DNA of 11,373 nt from Rhodothermales bacterium (GTDB lineage: Bacteria; Bacteroidota; Rhodothermia; Rhodothermales; VXPQ01). Location of the stretch: NCBI GenBank assembly GCA_040904565.1, contig JBBDTI010000016.1, forward strand, positions 11,729 through 23,101. The letters run 5' to 3'. The position numbers and the translations under genes are program-made. Below are positions 7,860 to 11,373 of the stretch, in pieces (position 1 is the first letter of the stretch; every line of letters starts with the position of its first letter). The notes beneath the pieces were generated by a model. The model searched no databases. It had not been told where the DNA came from and worked only from the letters and a program-made list of their open reading frames with translations.

Positions 7860-8044
7860 TAAACTGTGCAGATCAAGGCACGCGACAAGCCGAGAAACGA
7901 GCTCGCACGGCGCCAAGACAACGCGACATTGGGTTGTGAGCGACTAACGGAGCGCAGCGGAGTAATGAGGCGTACTTAATCAGTTAACTGAGAACGTACG
8001 CCGCAGTGATCGGCGCGGAGTGCAACGCAGAGATGCGCAGTTTA
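7860..8044. repeat. Structured intergenic element with terminal inverted repeats (MITE/REP-like or structured RNA)
   Basis: TAAACTGTGCA (7860-7870) pairs with TGCGCAGTTTA (8034-8044) with one G-U wobble. Internal stem 7901-7907/7935-7941 and a 34-bp dyad at 7969-8002. Lies between convergent genes. Confidence 0.55.
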
Positions 8045-8995
8045 TCAACGGCACTCGTCGACGTACCACGCGTACGTCTTGCGGAGGCCGTCCTCGAGCG
8101 ACGTACCGGCGGTCCATCCCAGCGATGCCATCCGCGACACGTCCAGCAGTTTTCTCGGCGTGCCGTCCGGCTTCGACGTGTCGTAGCGGATCTCGCTCTG
8201 CCCTCCCACCACGTCCCGGATCGTCTCGGCCAGCTCCGTGATGGAGAGATCCTCGCCCACGCCCACGTTCAGCATCCCGTGCTCGGCCGTTTCGTGAAGA
8301 GCCTCTTCGGGCGCGCGGAGCGTAAACAGGATCGCGTCCGCCAGATCATCCACATACAGAAATTCGCGCCGCGGCGTGCCCGTCCCCCACAGCGTCACGG
8401 AATCGTCGCCCGCCTCGTGAGACTTCCGGAGCAGCGCCGGAAGGACGTGCGACGTCTCGAGGTCGAAGTTGTCGTGCGGACCGTACAGGTTCGTCGGCAT
8501 CAACGTGATGAAGTCGTCGCCGTGCTGGCGCCGGTAGGCCTCACACGTCTTCGTACCCGCGATCTTGGCGATGGCGTACCACTGGTTCGTCGGCTCGAGC
8601 GGACCCGTAAGCAGGTGCTCCTCCTTCATCGGCTGCGGCGCGTGCTTGGGGTAGATGCACGAGCTGCCGAGAAAGATGAGGCGCCGGACGCCGGACGCGT
8701 GCGCGGCTCGAATGACGTTCGACTGGATTGCGATATTGTCGGCGATGAAATCGGCCGGATACCGGTCGTTCGCCAGAATCCCGCCCACCCGGGCGGCGGC
8801 CAGCACGACGAAGGCGGGTGCTTCCTCCTCGAAAAACCGGCGCGTCGCCGCCTGATCGCGCAGGTCGAGCTCGTCGCGACGGCGAACGAGCAGGTTGTCA
8901 TACCCTTCTGATTCGAGCCGCCGAACGACGGCGGAGCCTACGAGTCCACGGTGGCCCGCCACGTAGATCGGCGCGGATGGATCGGATAGATGCAC
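8045..8995 (-). CDS. fcl: GDP-L-fucose synthase (GDP-4-keto-6-deoxymannose epimerase/reductase)
   Basis: IYVAGHRGLVGSA (Rossmann), AAARVGGILAN, FLGSSCIYPK, YAIAK (YxxxK), PTNLYGPHDNF, WGTGTPRREFLYVDDLADA, KPDGTPRKLLD. GTG 8995 gives 316 aa and is preceded by AAGGA. The ORF-track extension to 9262 is not credible. Confidence 0.96.
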   Translation of the reverse strand: MHLSDPSAPIYVAGHRGLVGSAVVRRLESEGYDNLLVRRRDELDLRDQAATRRFFEEEAPAFVVLAAARVGGILANDRYPADFIADNIAIQSNVIRAAHASGVRRLIFLGSSCIYPKHAPQPMKEEHLLTGPLEPTNQWYAIAKIAGTKTCEAYRRQHGDDFITLMPTNLYGPHDNFDLETSHVLPALLRKSHEAGDDSVTLWGTGTPRREFLYVDDLADAILFTLRAPEEALHETAEHGMLNVGVGEDLSITELAETIRDVVGGQSEIRYDTSKPDGTPRKLLDVSRMASLGWTAGTSLEDGLRKTYAWYVDECR

Positions 8996-8999
8996 GGTG

Positions 9000-9048
9000 T
9001 CCTTACAAGAATATTTACAATAATATCCGGAGCAATAATATCTCGTTA
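9000..9048. promoter_or_regulatory. AT-rich leader/promoter patch upstream of fcl, with SD-like AAGGA and repeated CAATAATATC
   Basis: Sharp AT-rich island in a high-GC window. CAATAATATC at 9018-9027 and 9033-9042, with a degenerate CAAGAATATT at 9006-9015. Minus-strand AAGGA (9004-9000) lies 4 nt before the GTG. Confidence 0.5.
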
Positions 9049-9166
9049 CGAATGAATGTTGCGCCGGAGGTCCCGGACGAATGGAGGTTGCGGCGGAGGA
9101 CCCGGTCGAATGGTGGTTGCGGCGGAGGTCCCGGACGATGGTGGTTGCGCCGCAGGTCCCCGTCGA
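9049..9166. repeat. Tandem repeat, 4 copies of a 28-29 bp unit
   Basis: Units start at 9049, 9078, 9107 and 9136. Consensus CGAATGGTGGTTGCGSCGGAGGTCCCGGW, head-to-tail with no spacers. Confidence 0.92.
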
Positions 9167-9349
9167 CCCGCCGAAGGAAGGTAACAACAATGCGCCTTCC
9201 GCATTAGATCCGCGCGGCGGCGCCCGTCCGCCGGAACCTCGGTAGCCCCGAAACTTATGCACCCTGGCTCCTTCGCGAGCCTATCGCCGCAACGCGCCCG
9301 GCGCGCTGCGCCGAGATATCTCCTCTTTTTTTGACCGACACATTCGGAT

Positions 9350-10435
9350 ATGGAGTACGCCGTGATCATGGCCGGCGGCATCGGCAGCCGGTTCTGGCCC
9401 CAGAGTCGCAAGGACAACCCGAAACAGTTTTTGCGGGTGTTCGGCGAGCACACGATGATTCAGAACACGGTGGCCCGGCTGCAGGGTGTAGTACCGGCCG
9501 AGCGCATCCTCATCGTCACCCACGAGCGCTACGTCGAGCAGACCCGCGAGCAGCTTCCGGCCATCCCGGAGGAGAACATTCTCGCCGAGCCCATCGCCCG
9601 CAATACCGCGCCCTGCATCGCCTTCGCCGCCGTCAAATTGCTCGCCAGGGATCCCGACGCGACCATGGTCGTGCTGCCGGCGGACCACGTCATCCGGAAC
9701 GTGAAGCGGTTTCACGCCGTGCTGCGCGCCGCGATCGACAAGGCGAAGCAGAAAGATACGCTCGTCACGATCGGCATCAATCCGACCCACCCCGAGACGG
9801 GTTACGGATACATCCAGTATGACGGGTCGAGCCGGGACGAGGAGGAGGACGACTCGACGCCGCGCGCTTTTCCGGTCAAAACGTTCGCCGAAAAGCCCGA
9901 CATCGCGACGGCCGAGCGGTTCGTGGACTCAGGTGACTTCCTGTGGAACAGCGGGATGTTCGTCTGGCGCGCCGATACGATCCTGGACCAGATGCGCCGA
10001 CACCTTGCCCAGGCCTACGAAGCCTTCGAGCCGCTGCCCGACGCGGTCGGAACCGACCGCGAGCGCGAGGCCGTTAAGGAGGCCTACTCGAGAAGCCCCC
10101 ACATCTCCATCGATTACGGCGTGATGGAGCGCGCCGACAAGGTGTTCGTCGTGCCCGGCACCTTCGGATGGAACGACGTCGGCGACTGGCGTTCCGTATA
10201 CGATCTGAAGGAGCAGGACAAGCACGGCAACGCCCTCGACGGCAACGTGATCGTCCACGACTCGAGTCGCTGCCTCGTCGAGGCCGACGACCGGCTCGTG
10301 GTCCTCGTGGGGATGCACGACGTGGTCGTGGTCGACACCGAAGACGCCCTCCTCGTCTGCTCGCGCGAGAGCACCCAGCAGGTGAAGAATGTCGTCGACT
10401 ACCTGCACGCGCACCAGTTCGAAGACTACGTGTGA
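9350..10435 (+). CDS. manC: Mannose-1-phosphate guanylyltransferase (monofunctional, no cupin/PMI domain)
   Basis: VIMAGGIGSRFWPQSR, PKQFL, EPIARNTAPC, VLPADH, PETGYGYI, FAEKPD, WNSGMF, ISIDYGVME, GWNDVGDW. The 361-aa protein ends after the beta-helix region. Confidence 0.95.
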   Translation: MEYAVIMAGGIGSRFWPQSRKDNPKQFLRVFGEHTMIQNTVARLQGVVPAERILIVTHERYVEQTREQLPAIPEENILAEPIARNTAPCIAFAAVKLLARDPDATMVVLPADHVIRNVKRFHAVLRAAIDKAKQKDTLVTIGINPTHPETGYGYIQYDGSSRDEEEDDSTPRAFPVKTFAEKPDIATAERFVDSGDFLWNSGMFVWRADTILDQMRRHLAQAYEAFEPLPDAVGTDREREAVKEAYSRSPHISIDYGVMERADKVFVVPGTFGWNDVGDWRSVYDLKEQDKHGNALDGNVIVHDSSRCLVEADDRLVVLVGMHDVVVVDTEDALLVCSRESTQQVKNVVDYLHAHQFEDYV

Positions 10436-10454
10436 GTGGCGCCGCGGCGGCACT
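10435..10454 (+). terminator. GC-rich dyad directly after the manC stop, possible weak terminator/pause hairpin
   Basis: AGTG-G-CGCCGCGGCG-G-CACT. No proper U-tract follows (TCCTC). Confidence 0.25.
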
Positions 10455-10460
10455 TCCTCA

Positions 10461-10522
10461 GCCCGTCACCTCGCGGCCCGTCACCTCTCTCCGCCCGTCA
10501 CCTCGCGGCCCGTCACCTCTCT
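10461..10522. repeat. Higher-order tandem repeat: core GCCCGTCACCTC x4, arranged as (15+17 bp) x2
   Basis: Cores start at 10461, 10476, 10493 and 10508 with alternating tails GCG and TCT(CC), giving a 32-bp super-period. Confidence 0.92.
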
Positions 10523-10571
10523 ACTCGATCCCTCCCCCCGAACGTCTTAATCATATCTTTACCCGATATCG

Positions 10572-10630
10572 TGAATCTCTGGTCATGAGATGACGTATCG
10601 GTCGAACGGTGACTCACAAGTCACCTTTCG
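10572..10630. promoter_or_regulatory. Putative TetR autoregulatory operator array (three TGAC-N6-GTCA-type boxes)
   Basis: TGAA-tctctg-GTCA (10572), TGAC-gtatcg-GTCG (10591), TGAC-tcacaa-GTCA (10610). The last is the core of a 28-bp dyad CGAAcGGTGACT-caca-AGTCACCtTTCG (10603-10630), which ends 33 bp before the TetR ATG. Confidence 0.7.
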
Positions 10631-10663
10631 CAACTACAGTGTACTGGCCTTCGATCAGAGAGC

Positions 10664-11373
10664 ATGAACGAATCGGAACGCCCGTCGGAAACGATGGAAG
10701 AGAGGAGGGGCGGCCCGTCCGCCGAAACGGCCATCTCGATCGAGACCGAGGAGCTGGAGGATCTTCCCCGACGCGAACGAGAACGGCTGATGCGCCGTCG
10801 GCTCATGCTCGACGCCGCGTTGAGTGTATTCGCTGAAAAAGGATATGCCGACGCCACGCTCGACGAGATCGCCCAGCGGGCGGAATTCGGCAAGGGTACG
10901 CTGTACAACTATTTCGAGGGGGGCAAGGAGGAGATCCTGATCGCCGTCTTCGACGACGTGTACGCGGCCCTTCACCAGCTCATCGAGCGGACGTTCAGTC
11001 CGGCCCTCGTACGCGGGCACCCGTTCCGCGACGTGCTGGAAGGCTTTCTTACCGCGCTCCTTTCCTTCTTCAACGAACGGCAGGATCAGTTCATGATCAT
11101 GCTTAAGGAAGGATACCGCCTGATGTTCAACGACGAACCGGAGAAAGCGGCGTACCTGCTGGAAAAGAGCGAGGGCGTGATTCGCGCGCTCGTACCCGCC
11201 ATCGCGGAAGCGCAGCGGTCCGGCGTACTGCGCGACATTCCCCCTCACTCGATCGCGCACATGATTATGGGAAACGTGCGGGGATACCACATGCACCAGT
11301 GCATGGCCCGGTGCCGGCACACGTTCGCGGAGGGGGAGCCCGAGGGGGCGTCCGAACACGTGGGGGAGCCCGA
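10664..11373 (+). CDS. TetR/AcrR family transcriptional regulator (3' end beyond window)
   Basis: Not in ORF track; translated by hand from ATG 10664 (alternative 10694). ...RRERERLMRRRLMLDAALSVFAEKGYADATLDEIAQRAEFGKGTLYNYFEGGKEEIL... is a canonical TetR HTH. The helical C-domain includes IAEAQRSGVLRDIPP. The frame is open to the window end. Confidence 0.95.
   Translation, partial: MNESERPSETMEERRGGPSAETAISIETEELEDLPRRERERLMRRRLMLDAALSVFAEKGYADATLDEIAQRAEFGKGTLYNYFEGGKEEILIAVFDDVYAALHQLIERTFSPALVRGHPFRDVLEGFLTALLSFFNERQDQFMIMLKEGYRLMFNDEPEKAAYLLEKSEGVIRALVPAIAEAQRSGVLRDIPPHSIAHMIMGNVRGYHMHQCMARCRHTFAEGEPEGASEHVGEP

Noticed and set aside
7801-8044. Integron attC site or loxP/dif-like recombination site
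   Set aside because: No properly paired RYYYAAC...GTTRRRY ends, the 34-bp dyad lacks an asymmetric spacer, and no integrase is nearby.
9049-9166. Possible CRISPR array (29-bp repeats)
   Set aside because: Copies are directly adjacent with no unique spacers and are mutually diverged; no cas genes in the window.
9236-9250. ops/JUMPStart-like GGTAGC upstream of manC
   Set aside because: Only a 6-bp match; it lacks the GGCGGTAG core and the JUMPStart context.
8996-9262. 89-aa N-terminal extension of Fcl in the ORF track
   Set aside because: It runs through the tandem repeat and AT-rich leader. The Rossmann motif begins right after GTG 8995, which has an SD-like AAGGA and gives a normal Fcl length.
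4268-11359. Long ORFs 4268-5416(-), 6338-7024(-), 6546-7262(+), 8006-8911(+), 9929-10453(-), 10655-11359(-)
   Set aside because: They overlap well-supported genes in another frame or strand and carry no family motifs.

Overview
High-GC bacterial chromosomal window containing a surface-polysaccharide locus. Protein style and gene set suggest the Rhodothermota/Bacteroidota lineage, which is inference only. Left, on the minus strand: a Wzc-type co-polymerase/tyrosine kinase, followed by a small beta-grasp (SLBB-like) export protein that runs off the window and is missing from the ORF track. Centre, on the plus strand: a tightly coupled four-gene envelope cassette. Its first and last genes look like the C-terminal and N-terminal halves of the double-beta-barrel YjbH/GfcD protein, split and in reversed order. 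Between them lie a helical-hairpin lipoprotein and a small beta-barrel OMP. Right: a structured ~190-bp intergenic element, then fcl (GDP-L-fucose synthase) divergent from manC (GDP-mannose pyrophosphorylase) across a 4x29-bp tandem repeat. These are followed by a second tandem repeat and a truncated TetR-family regulator (also missing from the ORF track) preceded by three TGAC-N6-GTCA-type boxes at an exact 19-bp period. No rRNA, tRNA, CRISPR array or transposase was seen. Family assignments rest on motifs recalled from memory, not on database searches.
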